Assembly: GCA_002633005.1 (NCBI GenBank)
Contig: NMRA01000049.1
Location: forward strand, 778,321 to 842,320
Origin: Phoronis australis
Lineage: Eukaryota > Animalia > Phoronida
Reading direction: 5' to 3'
Length of the DNA: 64,000 nt
Below, one piece after another: positions 34,701-48,600 of this stretch; position 1 is the stretch's first letter, and every line of letters starts with the position of its first letter. A program made the position numbers and the translations under genes. The notes below the pieces were generated by a model that was not told where the DNA came from, made no database searches, and saw only the letters and a program-made list of their open reading frames with translations.

Positions 34701-37700
34701 TTGGATAAAAATCACCAAAACAGGGTTTAGTATCTTTTGAAATATTGTAACGGGCGAAAATTGAGAAATGGACATCTTTACTACATTTTTATATACATGC
34801 ATCCAGAAAGAGCCCCCTCGAGCCAGAGCTTTTTGAACATTTTCAGATAAAACCGCCTATTAGTCTTTATAGGTGTTTTGCGGAAATCCCTAGCACTGCT
34901 GAAAGCATACGGAACACCGCGGGATTTTTAATAATCTCAAATAGCCCCTCCATAAATGTTTCTCATGTGAACATATGCGAACTTGGATCGGAACAGCAAA
35001 TGGACGGGGTATAAAAATCATGACTACCATTCCAGCAAGCTTGTATGTTTCAAACTTCAATATCCATAGTCATAAACTTGTCATTGATTGGACATAACGA
35101 ATAAGTAAATCTACGGGTAGATAAAACAAAAGAGTGCGCGTTGAATAAGTGCCCAACGATGATCGTTTAAGAACTAGAGGTGTACGTTGAATAAGCAAAA
35201 CTACGCGGTGATTAAGCATATTTCAACGCTCAGAATGTTACACCTTTCATAAGAACGTAACACGTGCATGCACGTGCCAGATATTCAAATCAACAGGGGC
35301 AGTTTTTTGGATTGTATCCAGTGTTGTTTTCTTATTGTTACAAAATAATGTTAGTTATTGACTCACCAGAGATTCTTCGGCGGCCTCTCCTTGCGGCACT
35401 ATGTATTGCACCTTGTAGCCATCTATGACGTCATCTGACGCAGCCAGAGGTATCAAAACGAACGTGAAACTTGCCAAGCATTTAGTTTGCAGGCACGGTG
35501 CAGCCGGCGCTGTGGCAAAAGAATAATTTCATATACATGATGGGATAATAATAGACATCGCTAACTTTCTCTTCTTTTAGCTTCAGATCGAAATCCTAAG
35601 CATCAAGAACAGAAGAATGTGTCTTACTGGGCTACACTCTTTTATCGCTTCAAGGAGAATTTTACGGTTTGAGAGGAAGCACTTTCTGCCCTCAACACGA
35701 AAGTGAGATGGTAAGACATGGTCTTGGGAATCACACGTCCTTCTGGGTAGAAGGTTTAAATTCACTTAAATGTGAGTTGATTCAACAAGCCAAAGGACTG
35801 GTGGTTGTGGATACTACCTTTGAACAGTAACTTGAACCAATTACCAAGCATGAAGTTGTTACTACTGGCGTTTTTTCTGGACTTTTATCCTCTCTCGTCG
35901 GAGGGAATGTTGCACATGCTCTAGAGAATCACTGGACCTGTAGCACACATATGTGATAGTGGGAGACTTGCTCTAAGAAGTCACTGATCATTCCGGGTAA
36001 AATGTTAAGTGATATGACCAGTGAAGGCAGTGATACCTGTGGAAACTATCTGTAAATGTTTACGTGGATCAAAAGCCAAGCACCAAAAGCAGAGGAATGT
36101 GCCCAACATGGCAGCTGACTTCAGAGACTTCTCTCTGGAAGAACCTGATGCCTACATATGTATACACAAACATTGGTTTCATATCGAGTCTTTTGTGGTA
36201 TGAGTCAGAGCTACGTGGCTTGCCCACGTCCCATGCAATTTTGGCATGGGTCACTTGTAGAGTATTTTTAGAGTCACTACCAATAACAAAACCATGGATC
36301 AAGTAAAGCTTCTTGATTGTTTCAACCTGGAGATTCACCGCCGCTAAGTCCAAACACTAGCACGATTGGTTAAGGTTTGTGTTTTCAAAATGCAGTGATG
36401 TTGGTTTTTAGTCCATATTTTCAAAGAGAAGAATTTCCATGTCAGATGAAATGGGTCGATGGGCTCCATTTTCCCCAGCGCCAATTGATATCAGCAGAAA
36501 TGGGTAAGGGATCCTTCCTCTTTTGGCTAAGCCACACCTGGCCCCATATTTGAGGCGCAGATCAGAGCATATTAAGTTAATGTTTGCACAAACTTGAGAT
36601 ATTCAAATCTAAATTTTGCGATTTCGACATGGCCTAACTAGTCCGTAGGTCTTCATACGAAGTTAACTCACGAACTAAATACTTCATCTGTGACAAAGCA
36701 GATTTCTCCTTCCTCAAGTCAACAACTTTAGAATTCAGCTCGACCATCCAGTCAGTTGGTGGAGTTGCACATTCAATCTGAGCTGGGCTTCGCCTTAAGA
36801 TTCTGAAAAGAGTATTAAGCAAATAGTTATGACCGCCATGCTTTACATGAACATTGTTCAGTTATTGAGGCACAGCAACTTACATTTAGTAATCTTCCAG
36901 TTCTAACGTGTGTCTTTCTTCCCATCACCCTGCAATGCAGTTAGTTTTCTATAGTCAGTTGATTGAGTCGCACGGCAATGTAAATGACCCAGAGACTGTG
37001 AACTAACATGTCTGTGAGGAAACAACGGGGGAGTGAAAATTTGTTTCGTGACCTGTCGTGAACAACGGATGCGATTACATAAAACATGAGTCTTTCACGT
37101 CCATGAAACGGTATTCGAAGATTAACCTGAATGTGATTCTGTCTTGAAGTGCGAAATTATTCTGAACTCGTGATCGTGAACGAAAATTGGTTCATGTACT
37201 AGGGCGACCGGGAGATTAATGGTGCCAAAGAAGGAGAATTTAATGGAGACGGGTACAGGAACAGAAAAATCTCCGGTGATCAGCGTTCGACATACAAGCT
37301 GGCCCAGTGGCCCGGGTCCAGTGGATTTGTGGACGCACCAGTTAACTTTCACATATAGGCCCTAGGTGGATGTGGTCTCATATTCAAGTAACTGGCCCGA
37401 CGGCCAGCACCTTTATTTGCTGAAGCTCGAACACTGCCCGTGGACCGTAAATCTGATACAAATGCGATTGTAAATTAAACACATTACGTGCTTGGATCGT
37501 TACAACGGCTACGTATCCTCGAGATCCATTCAATTGATGTTAATGTCAGCTACCATATCCGCTAAAACCAAAATGTATAATTCAATATAGAAAAATCCAG
37601 CCAAAAACGGGTGCTCTCATTGAAAATACACTGCCATAACTCACCATATCTCACGAGGTCTCGTTTTCTAACGAGGTACTAGCTTTATTGAACCCGTATT

Positions 37701-40700
37701 TACAGCTTCTTAAGGTAATCGTTTTCTGGGAATTGCACATCGTCACGACCAGTAGTGTAAGACAGCAGAGCAAATCTGCCTTACCTGTGATTTATTCCTG
37801 AAGCAAGTTGAAGGAAGGAAACGCAATCGCTTTCTGCCAACACTTCCTTTGCGTAAATAGACAAACTTTGGCAATCTGCCAGACTCTTATTCATGCGATC
37901 AATTTCGACTCGAACGCTGTTGGTAAGCTCCTGCTCTTTCTGTCCCAAGTCAGAAAGAAAAAATTGGCGCTTGTTCTCAATTTCCGTGATAAGACCATTG
38001 CACTGCTCGTTAACACCAGAGGCTCTTCTCGCAAGCTCATCCTAAGATACAGAAATTTACTTAAAATCCTGCCTATGACGTACAGTCCGGCGGTAAAACA
38101 ACGTTCAAAGGCTTTTTCAAGAAGTACGCAATATCAAAATGACAAAGAAAAATTGAAACAACTTTTAAGCAAAATGAATAAATGAACCATTAAGACTAGA
38201 TCGTGTAAATTAACGTAATATGAAAATTCAAACTATGACTAAAACGCACATGTAGGCTATGAATAGTAAAAATATCCCTAAACGCTACAATCCGCATACA
38301 GACCTTCATCTGTGCAGTACAATGTGTATATTTAGGCCTTGATATCCGAACAACACGTTTTCGCTCAAGTGTCTCGAATGTAGGCTCATCACGTATAACC
38401 TAGGTACCATTTATAAGCGCAGGAAGCTATCCCTTGCATATGTTCACGTCTTCCATCCGGAATACTTTCGTAGCGGCTCAAATTTTCCCTTAGGAGTGTT
38501 TCACAATTGCGCAACCATGGAAGCAAAGGGATTTGTTAAAGAGATTGGCTAAAACCATGGCTTCAGTCTAGCAGGTCTCAAAATATTACGTGAAGGTCAT
38601 TCTGAATGTTTAGTCTGCCTCCTGGTGTACGGTTAATTCTTATACCATAGTCATATATGACTAACTGCAATGATAGAAATTCGCAGATGCGAACATATGA
38701 AACACCTCCGAGGAGTAATTTCGAAGCACATCACGCCATTTCGGTAGCCTTCAATTCTTCATGGAGTTGAATGTTATCTGCGCACGTTCGAGCTTCAGGC
38801 GTACAGCAAGTCATCTGACTTTTAAACCAAAGAACAATAGGTTGTATAAGAGACTTTCGCACATGAGCAGATAACATTTACTTTCAAGGGGTTTCAAGAC
38901 TACCAAAATGTCCATTCGAGTTTTTCTGGATACCTGCTACGAACATGCCCGAAGTGTTCCGGATGATACCAGAGGAGTTCAGACTTGGCGAGATCGCGTT
39001 TTGGTTATACCTAAGATTTCAAGTACAACTTTGATGAACCTAACAAGCACGTTTTGTCATTTCAAACAAGCAAGGAGGTCACTGAATTTGATTGGTCTGC
39101 TAAGCGATAAATTGTAGTAAGATTGTCAAGCTTTACGGCAGAACGTGGAAAGCACACAGCTGTGAAACGCTGAACAATCACATATTGTCTATTGTAGAAG
39201 CAGCCAAACTTAGCAACAGCTATAGATAGGGTACATTCAGGATACTAAGCCCTGTTGTGACCTGTCCACTAAATCGCAGAGATCTCAAACACAAAATAAT
39301 TCTCCTTAACACTTTTCAATTCTTAAACATTTGACGAGATACAGAAACTCCTTTCCAAGTTTGCTAAATCGGTAAGCTTGTCTAACGCTATTGGTTTGGA
39401 GGAGTTAAAGCGGTACACTAAACCTATGTTTTCAGTCAACAAGAGTAACGTGAAATGCGCCCACGAATACACCGCAAACGGTGTTCTTCTAGGGTTGTTT
39501 ATTTGTATCATAAGAATGGTCACTAGATGACGCAAAAGTGTCCAATCCATCCGAAAACGGGAATTAGCCATTGCTTCTTGAATAGAAAGCTATTTACCAA
39601 ATTTCATAAAAATCTGTCACGGAATTTCAAAGAAACAAAGGAAAACGTAAAAAAAAAAGAAATTGCCGATAGGGGCACAACGTTCGTTGGATCCGCCTGA
39701 AAGTCGTCGTCGTAGTCTGTTGATAGCTTCATATAAATTCACTTACTAAATTTAATAATAAAGATCCTTACCGTGGGTTTAAGATATGGACGCAAAACAA
39801 AACAAAACTACCACTAGGTGGCGCGACAGTAGTCGAAGTTGTTATCGTTAGCCGTCCTCTTCCCAATGAGACATATACATCTACGGCAATTTTGGTTGAT
39901 AGAGAGGTGGACGCCAAAAACAGATACGAAAGCAGCAAAAATGGCCACTAGGTGGCGCAAAATACCTCGATACCATCCGAAAAAGGGATGATCGCCTCAC
40001 TTCACCAATAGATTCCTATATTCCAAATTTTACTGATGAAAATCTGTTGAGGTAAAAGTAAAAACTAAAATTGTCACTAGGGGGCACACCGGTAGTCAGA
40101 TCCATCAAAAGTCGTGGTCGTCCGTTGTCAACATCATATAAATACTCTTGCCAAATTTATTAAAGATCCTGCATGCGGTTTAGGAGATATAGCTATGGGC
40201 GCAAAAAACTGTCACTTTATAGGAGGCGCCACGGTCGTTGAAGTCGTCGAAAAATCGTCGCCACCCGTCTTCTACATAGTAAGAACATACATGACAATTT
40301 TCACAATCATCCTTAGAAAGGTTTGATTGATAAAGGGGCGGACGCCAAAAAAAAAAAACAGTAAAAATGGCCACTACGTGGCGCAAGGTAAATTGAATCC
40401 GTCTGAATACGGGAGTATATGCGGCTAAATCACAATCAATGTCCATATTCGAGAGTTGACTGTGTTACGGTCTAAAATAACTTTTTGGTCACTTACCAAA
40501 TGTCAACTGAATCTCATTATGCAAAAAGTTATTTAGTTGTTCAAATTAAAAGGAATCATCAAAATCGGACAATGTTTGAGAAATTTATGGATGTTTTTGT
40601 CCATGAATTTCATGCATTATTAGCGTTACGAGTGGCCATTTTAAAAATAGCAATTTTCAACTGTCAAGAGTAGAAAAGAAATTTATTTTATCAAACAAGC

Positions 40701-43700
40701 AATTGTTTAGATATGACTGGGAATAGCTTGAGTAGCTTTCAGATTCAATTAGATGAAGTTGTGCTTAATCATTGAGAAATAGTAGATTTTAATTATTTTT
40801 TATAAACCTGAAAAGTCATTGAAATGTAGTTTACGTACCCCCGTGCAGTGTACGTACCTTCAACCTCTGTGCTGTGAAGTATTGCCCACGAGAATTTTTG
40901 CATACTGCTGTTCTCATGAACAATACTGATATTTCCAAAATGAATACAGTCTGACAAAAAAACAATGGACATCATCAAATTTGTGGACAATAAAATGCCA
41001 CAAGGACTTGGCTAGTACTAAAAATCCAAGAAAGCACGTAATGTGACAACTGATGTTGCAGAGGCAGGTTCTCTATCTCTCAAGACAACTTCAACTTGCA
41101 ACAAACCATCAAGTAGAGGCAGCACAAAACTCGAGACTATCCCATACATTTGAAACTTAGTCAAAATTTGACGTTGATTGACTGTGTGTAGTGTAAGTAC
41201 CCCCCAACCAGTACAATTTTTTATTGTTTTCAAGTGGAACACTGGGCCTAGCATTGCTTTTAGTATTTTGACCAACTGGTGAATGTATTGAAAACTAGGC
41301 AAATAGCACCAATAAAGTTTTTGAAAAAGTAGTTGCTTGTCATTTTCTTTTTGTAAGAATCATGTTGCAAGAGAAGGAAGTTCTCATTATACTGTGTTAA
41401 GATATGCAATGTATCATCATCTAGAACAACTTGATCGGCACGGTAATAACTTTTCTTATTTTACGTGATACTTCTTCAATTTTAAATTAATCAAAACTTA
41501 TTAAATTAACAGCCACCTTATGGATTTTTGCATGGTAGTGAGTGGGTTGTGACCACAAGTTGTAGTGTACGTACTCTTTTATACAAGTGCGATGCATTAG
41601 GCCATAAAATTTTATTCGGTGGTTCCTGTGCAAAATTATTTTAGATTACAAACCTGGAATGATGGTACTTTAAAATAACCCAGCTTTTACAGTTATATGA
41701 CAACCTTCATTTTTCACTGAAAGTGGCCACCAAATATGGACCTTGACTGCGATTTGGCCGATGGCATCACCTCACTAATAGATGTTTAATAGCCAAATTT
41801 TATGAAAATCTGTTGAGGACCTCCGAAGATACAGAGGTAAGTGTAAAAATTAAAATTGCCCCTAGGGAGCGCGCCGGTAGTCGGAGATGTCCGAAATTGG
41901 TCGTCATCCGTCGCCAGCTTCATTGGAACACATCTGCCAAATCTCATCAAGATCCTGTCAGGGGTTTAGGAGATACAGCTGCGGACGCTGGACGCCCAGA
42001 CAGAGATGACGGCAATATTGGACCACATATAGATATGTGGGCGCATAAAAACAAGTCTTGATTGAAACCACTTATGCTGGTCTCAAATTGTTCCTTTGTC
42101 AAAAATGGTGTGATTATGCGCTAAAAAAGATGCATTGACAATTCCTCATTTCCTTAGCCAAGCCGATGTGAGGTTGGTAAGAAGAAATAAGGAATAAAGG
42201 TTTTAGCTAACTGGTGCTTATGACGAAGCTCACTTAACCAGCTTTGAACAGGGTTTGAGTATCTTTTTAACCCTTGCCAGTATCACTGTGTCTGCTGTAA
42301 CTAGCCTAGTTAAGAAGCATATCAAGTTCCCTTTAGCTGCAACACTGATAGATCAACAACAAAAGGCGCAGTGTGACAAAACCTAAACTATAAAACAGCT
42401 GTGAAATTGTGAACTGCAAACAAGAATACGTGCAAGTAATTTTGGCACAAAAATATTCATGATTCATGTAAAATATAAATGATACGCCCATGGTCGATCG
42501 GTTTTATATTGGTCTATAAGTGGTTGTAGCGAAAATACGACAGCGAGAATCGACCGACTATGTGTCGAAGGTTACACGTTTCCACTTTGATGAGCTCATG
42601 TTGTCCTACGTACCTTAATTTCCTCCAATAAATCTTCTCTAGTTTTTATAGCATCGACATAAATATCTTGGAATGAGCTTTGGAGTTTGTTTATGTTTTC
42701 TTCATGCTGTTTCTAAATATAACGTAAAAAGTAGGTAATATCAATTCAAATAACCATTACTTCAAATAACAAATGCAAACGAGGCAAAAAGAAGCAGGAG
42801 AGGACATGCGGTCGGCGTTTACTGAAAAGCAATGAATATATTGGAAATGTTCCAGAAAACGACGACTTCTCATTGTCCTACAGCTAAGAAACCCAGGATT
42901 TTGAAAATAAACAATGCGCAATTTGTTTATACCGGTTTTGTAATTTCTTTCAACAGAAAAATATTCAAATTGTGTCCTTTGTTTCAACTTGGCAATGGTG
43001 TTACGCTTTCGGAGTGTCAATTTCAGGTTCTTACATGCACGTTACGTTGGCCTTTTGTGCTCTAGGACATTGAGCGTCGTCGGTTCCTCGTAACCTTCCT
43101 CCGTTTAGTTTTTACGCCCCTGTGTATGCAATGTGATTTTCGTATATTCTTATGTAACTATGTGGTACCTCATCGTATTATGAGAATCGTTGGCGCCTTA
43201 TACGACCAGCTCGAATATAAGTTTAGATCAGACGTCGTACACGAACTTGCTAAGACGTGTTCTGACTCATGTACGTGTGCCACCAATCGAAGTATCGTGC
43301 GTAAAAAAATCATTTCACAGCGACCATGTGATTCGGGAACATTTATAAAAAAATTTAAGAAACGTATACATGTGTTTTCATATGTTTTTAGAGTCGTTGG
43401 GCACGTTAGGTTTGTCGTATGCAAGAATAACGAGAGATTCGAGATACGAAAACCACATCGTGTTCACAATATTGTACACTAATTGCGTCAAATTACAGCA
43501 TAAACTGCTAAAAGCCAGGCGCATTACGGGCTCAGAGCTGTCTTGTTCATGCTTATGTACCTTTCCCAAGGTGAAGAAATCGTTGTGAAGTTTCACACTT
43601 TCAGCAAACACTTCCTGTGACAGTTTGAGATCGTGTATCCCGGTCTCAAGACTTTGCTATAAATGATCAAGAAAAGCCTGCATGCATGTCTGAATTGGTG

Positions 43701-45611
43701 TCCCACGAGACAAGTGCCCAAATAAAAATTTACCGCAATCCCTTTTCAAGTTTCCTCCGTCGCATGCCAGCAGAATGAATAATTATGGGAAATACGTTGG
43801 CCAAGATTGTGAGTTGTGTACACAGCCCAGAAGAATTATAAGGGCAACAGGTGGCGTCTTCTGTCATAAACCACAAGTTTTTGTGTACTAATATCTTTTT
43901 CAGTGAGGCGTGGAATATGTTGCAAGTAGTTTATCCCGTTCAATCCGCCATCTTTTTGATCACATAACGTGACTTAATGAATATAAGACATTCGCACACA
44001 CAAACTGCCTATTGGAATATCGGAGAATTTTAGGGGGGCATGGCCCCCTTGGCCCCTCCCCCTAAATCTGCCACTGGGAATCCCTAACGATGAAGTAATA
44101 TAGTCTGCCCTTAAAGATACTCCTTCCGCTCTATTACTGTTAAAAATTTCATAAAACGGATTTTAAAGGAAGTTAGTTCAGTCGAAATTTAAGCCCAATT
44201 GGTGCTCGTTCAACACAACTCCAAATATGTTCAAAAATGAAGTTAATGTGAACTTTTTAGCTTAATTGTTCGACTGGCTATGCAGCACCACCTAAAATGG
44301 ATGTCGTCGTGAATGACAGCTGACTCATGCAATGTGAGTACTCACGCAGTTGCCGCCATAGTAAAACACAAACAGAGCTGAAAGTTACAAAAGGTTAATT
44401 TATATTTTGGAGATATCTGTCGACTGACGAAATTTATCCTGGTTTTAAATTGGAAACAGTATCTTTTAAAGTTATGTAGGACCTTAGAGGCATGTGAATT
44501 AAGAAAAAAATCTACAAAACCATAGTACCCCAGTAAAAGTATATGAAAGAGAAAAAAAGTAGCATTTTTTTACGTTTGGCTTTTTAACAATCTGTCATCA
44601 ATTGGGGCACACGACTTTGTCTTTTTGTTATGATTTAGTAAAAAAGAAAGGTACTTTGCTAGAAAAAAATGAATCAATAACACGACCGAATTTATTTGAT
44701 ATAAATAGACAAGATGAAATCTCAAAAACGCTGTTGCGGTTTTCTAAATCCACGCGCGCACCTAGCCTAAAACATAGGGGGCTCAAATTGTTTAATATGC
44801 GACCTTTTACTGAAAGAAATCAACGAGGACTAAAAAAAACTCCACAAATATTCCTTCTCATTTTCCCTTATCTCAAGTTATAGCCGCTACCTACGTAATG
44901 GGGACCTGCAGTTGCATTTTGTTTCGTCGTGTAACAGAGAGTGAATGTGCACGCAATGTAACAAAATAATAAAATGACAACCTTCATTTTTCTGTACGCG
45001 ACATCAATGGCGTCCGAAGTGTGTCCCGTATGCCCGTCAACCAGCAGACACTGCATGCACACCAGATCGCGACACGTCTCGCAGTACATGGAACACGTTT
45101 CACCGTGTTGAGAACATTTCACTTCCTTTGGCCTGGGATGGCGCTTTGGAGCAATCAAACTGTGGGTGGAAAACGGTTCCCTGTGGGGATGAGACAGTTC
45201 CAAGCACATGCTACAATAAGACGCATTGCAGTCCACACAGGACTTAACTGCCCTGCGCGGGTTGCCCCGGCAGAGTTGACAGGCAATTTCACGACTCCTC
45301 AATTGTGTGTCGTCACGAGCAGGGTCCACTAAGGTATCTTGTGCGTCATCTTTATATCTCTGAATTATATTCTCCAGTGTCAAAACTCGAGGAAGATTTT
45401 CCACGCCACCTGCAACATAGCAATTATCGCGGCATATCGGACAGCGAACAAAATTGTGTTGGAATAGTCTATCTGCACACGGAAAACGACAAAGGATATG
45501 CGAACACGGCAGGATGGTTGGTTGCTTGTACAATTCCAGACAGACAGAACACTGCAGCTCGCTGGCTAGATCTTCCATCGACATCTGGCGCTTAAGGCTT
45601 GACTGCGCCAT
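31451..45611 (-). CDS. TRIM E3 ligase (RING-Bbox1-Bbox2-coiled coil-COS-FN3-FN3), 7 coding exons, ~592 aa
   Basis: Exons 45611-44982, 43656-43561, 38041-37785, 36802-36672, 35509-35367, 34127-33923, 31767-31451 all have GT-AG boundaries and consistent phases (0,0,2,1,0,1), totalling 1779 nt with no internal stop. MID1/TRIM9/TRIM36-like N-terminus. Confidence 0.85.
33502..33742. mobile_element. Short intronic MITE-like repeat; partial second copy at 44750-44830
   Basis: Shared agcctaaaa(t/c)atagggggctc(g/a)aatt..gaccttttactga; internal inverted gggggctcgaa/ttcgagccccc; end gggtgcgcgcatg mirrors cacgcgcgcacc at 44750. Confidence 0.55.
33923..34127 (-). CDS. TRIM exon 6 (first FN3, C-terminal half)
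   Basis: ttttcag|EIIVTT...MLDNLRLDS..CLLSAWNAAGVGEQS..IEIRT|gtgagt. Confidence 0.82.
35367..35509 (-). CDS. TRIM exon 5 (first FN3, N-terminal half)
   Basis: ccacag|PAAPCLQTKC...DDVIDGYKVQY...EESL|gtgagt. Confidence 0.8.
36672..36802 (-). CDS. TRIM exon 4 (COS box end)
   Basis: ttttcag|ILRRSPAQ...VVDLRKEKSALSQMKYLV|gtgagt. Confidence 0.8.
37785..38041 (-). CDS. TRIM exon 3 (coiled coil, start of COS)
   Basis: tcttag|DELARRASGVNEQCNGLITEIENKRQFFL...YAKEVLAESDCVSFLQLASGINHR|gtaag. Confidence 0.88.
39590..40450. repeat. Dispersed repeat built of degenerate subunits; related blocks at ~41730-42050, ~45890-46960, ~59040-59520
   Basis: Recurring motifs aaaatggccactaggtggcgc and ccaaattt(c/t)atnaaaatc. 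No ORF. Confidence 0.6.
42562..43345 (+). repeat. Dispersed repeat, copy B (in TRIM intron 2)
   Basis: Colinear with 1885-2654. Confidence 0.85.
43561..43656 (-). CDS. TRIM exon 2 (96-nt coiled-coil exon)
   Basis: tttatag|QSLETGIHDLKLSQEVFAESVKLHNDFFTLGK|gtacat; phase 0-0; a 96-nt exon is typical at this position in TRIM genes. Confidence 0.8.
44982..45611 (-). CDS. TRIM exon 1: RING, B-box1, B-box2
   Basis: ELQCSVCLELYKQPTILPCSHILC..CPICR; CQLC..AVKSCVDCNASYCSMC..HP; CSQH..MYCETCRDLVCMQC..GHTGH; donor AAG|gttgtc. Confidence 0.95.
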
Positions 45612-48600
45612 CAGTGCATTAGGTTTGATATGGTAGTTTTAGATCTCGAACTAACAAACAAAGTTGTGCTCCAAGTGTACGATCAACGAGACTCTGTTTG
45701 TGTAGACTGTCAGCTAAAATAGACAGATTAAATCCATTACCAGCTGTGGCAAAACAGTGTCATAATAATACTAAGACGTTTCTTTATAAATAGCCAAATA
45801 GTACACAATTTCGTTTTCCTGACACTCCACATTCTCAATGCTACAATAACCAACATGATGAAAGGGTCAAGCCAACAAGTTAAAGGTCATGCAGGATTTT
45901 TCTAGATATCGTCCGGAAACGCTATTCTAAAAAAACTGAAAGCCTTCGTCTCCCATCCCTGTGATGCCCTACACTCTAGTGCCAAATTTTATCAAAAGAC
46001 GACCCAGTTTTTTCAGATATTAGGAAGAAAACAGAACAACTTGACAAAATGACCATAAGGGGGTGCTGCAGTGGTCATATCCGACAAAATAGTGTAGGCG
46101 CCATGCAGGTACACGTTCAGTTTCAAGTATCATTGGAATCCATCAATCAGTACTCTAGGTATAGTTAGGAAAGCTCTTCCCCAGAAACAGTGAAAAGCTT
46201 CCTGCCAAAATGTAAACGGCTACCGGATGCCCGTCACATATTTCTGTATCAAGTTTCGGCGATATCCGTCTCCAGTTCTCTAGATACCGTCCAGAAATAC
46301 TCGTCCATACAAAAATACTGCCTCGTAGAGTCTGAAATGTTCATTAGAGGGTGCTACAGTAATCGAATCCATCTGAAAATCGACTGGTACCGCTACAGTG
46401 TTGACACGTAGCCTACGTCTATGTCAATTTTCATTGAAATTCGCCCATTGGTTCTCTTTATATCAACCGGAAACGATCTTCCCCAAAAACGTCGGAAAGC
46501 CCCACACCCTGGCTCAGGTGACACGGCAAAAAGAAAACTGGCATAAGTGCAACACTCTAGCGATTCCCTAGGCCTTGTGTCAAATTTTATCAAAATACAA
46601 CCATGGACTTTAAGAATATGGATCAGTTAACAGAATAACGGTACACAATGGCCGTGAGGTGGTACTGCAGTTGTCGAATTTGTCCAAAACATGCCTGGTG
46701 CCGATGCATAGCCGTAACAAATTTCATTGAAATCCGCCTATCAGCTCTCAAGAGATCCGGAAACTTGCTTGTATACCCGGCCCCCAATTAAAGTATTCGA
46801 AGCCTATTACTGCGAACAAAATGGCCACTAGATTGCGTTGCAGAAGCTAAATTCGTTCGAAAACAACCGGCTGTTGCCTACGCAATACCATTAAATACGA
46901 CTGTGTCGAGTTTCTTTGAAATCCGTCAAACGGTTGTCTACCGAAAAATACATAGGCCGTGGGCCGGCCACAGGCAACTTATGAAACCTGACATTCGTGA
47001 GGTAATTTATTTCGTTTTGATGTTTTTGAGATTACAAACCATTGCAAATAGTTTCCAGGTTTAAACTTGAACATTTCCATGAACTTGGATTTTTAAATTT
47101 GGCTAATTCTACAAATTAGATATGGGCTAGAACATACTAAAACAATGAAATAAGCTGTCTATGATATGCGATACTGAAAATATCATTTCCTTAGGTTACT
47201 TGAATTCGATAAAAGCGCCTACACCGTAGAGTTTCTTATTTTTTTCACATCAAAATGCGACTGCTATCATCTTAGGTTTGCACATGAAAACTGACTTAAA
47301 GAGGCTGAGAACCTGCATTAAATCTAAAAAGCGAATACTTGATGACACTTAACGCTGTAAAATTGGTCTCAACTTATTTCGTACTCAGGGATCTCTGGGT
47401 TTACCAACAACTGACAATTTTTTATTCGTTGAGACCACACTGCGGGCATTATATTCATCAGTTCAGCATAATACCATATGGCCGAATATGTCTGATAGCA
47501 TCATTGGCTTATCCGTGTTAAGATAAGTCTTAGACAAAGGATTTTGTATGTCCAAAACATCACGTGACCCTGGAGCCATGCCAACTGCACCTCATCACCG
47601 CTGACCGCATTCGCCAAAGTTCATAATACCTACACTGCAACATGGCTTCATCTCTGACGTGAACACCTGGAACCCTTTTATACGCAATTTTCTGGTTCAC
47701 AACATAACTTCAAGCAACCCAACCAGACATGTTGGCAATACATTTGTCTGGGAATCGATCAACCTAAACTCTGTAAAATTTGACGCAATAACTTACTTAT
47801 TTCGCCAAACGTTATCGAAAATTTGCGGACATTTTGACTGCACAGCCTTGAGACTTGGCTTTCTGAATGGACATGCACCTACGTGTATTTGGAAAGCTAC
47901 ACTCACATACATGTACATGCAGCTGAGGTTAGTTTAGAGGAACACTGGCATCATTGAATGTACATAACAACCGAAGCTGTGGCATCCGTAACATATACTC
48001 ACATTGTTAAATCCAAACTTTGCTCCAGTAGACACGAGCACGTATTGAGATTCAGTATACAACGTGTCTTGCGCTGGACACTGGAATATGAGGTGCGATA
48101 TAAACACTGGTCGCATGCCAGACGTTTTCGCTTCGTATGCCAACAGACTGTCTCATTCGATAATTCAACGGAACCATGCCAACAGCGCTGGCCAATTACC
48201 ATTGCCAGCTGAAAACGGCGCCAGCAGTGTTTTCGAAGTCATCACAGAAGCTACTGGCCGTGTCCATTCTGTGGATTTTTTAAAAGTTCGTTCCCAGTTA
48301 ACAAACGTTCATGGAATTCAACTATTTTTATCAGTTCTTGCCACATATTGAACACTTGGGCAGCGGGAAAACAGGGTCGACACGAGACAGTACCAAAACC
48401 AGCCGACGAAAGACACTAAACAACTGAAGTGCCCTCTTAATTGCTTCTCCTGTTGCCAGCTAAACATTGCAATTTGCCCTGAGGCTCATTTGAGGTGAGA
48501 TCATTCCCATTTGTCAGAGCATTTTGACCTAATATCGACCAGAATACTCTGTGACGTACATGTATACAACATTGGTCCCAAACTTTGCCAGTGCCTCACT

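Noticed and set aside
35600-36560. Possible LINE endonuclease relic in TRIM intron 4 (VIVGD-like); similar hint at 63000-63900
   Set aside because: Only isolated, frameshifted motif hints; not supportable by eye.
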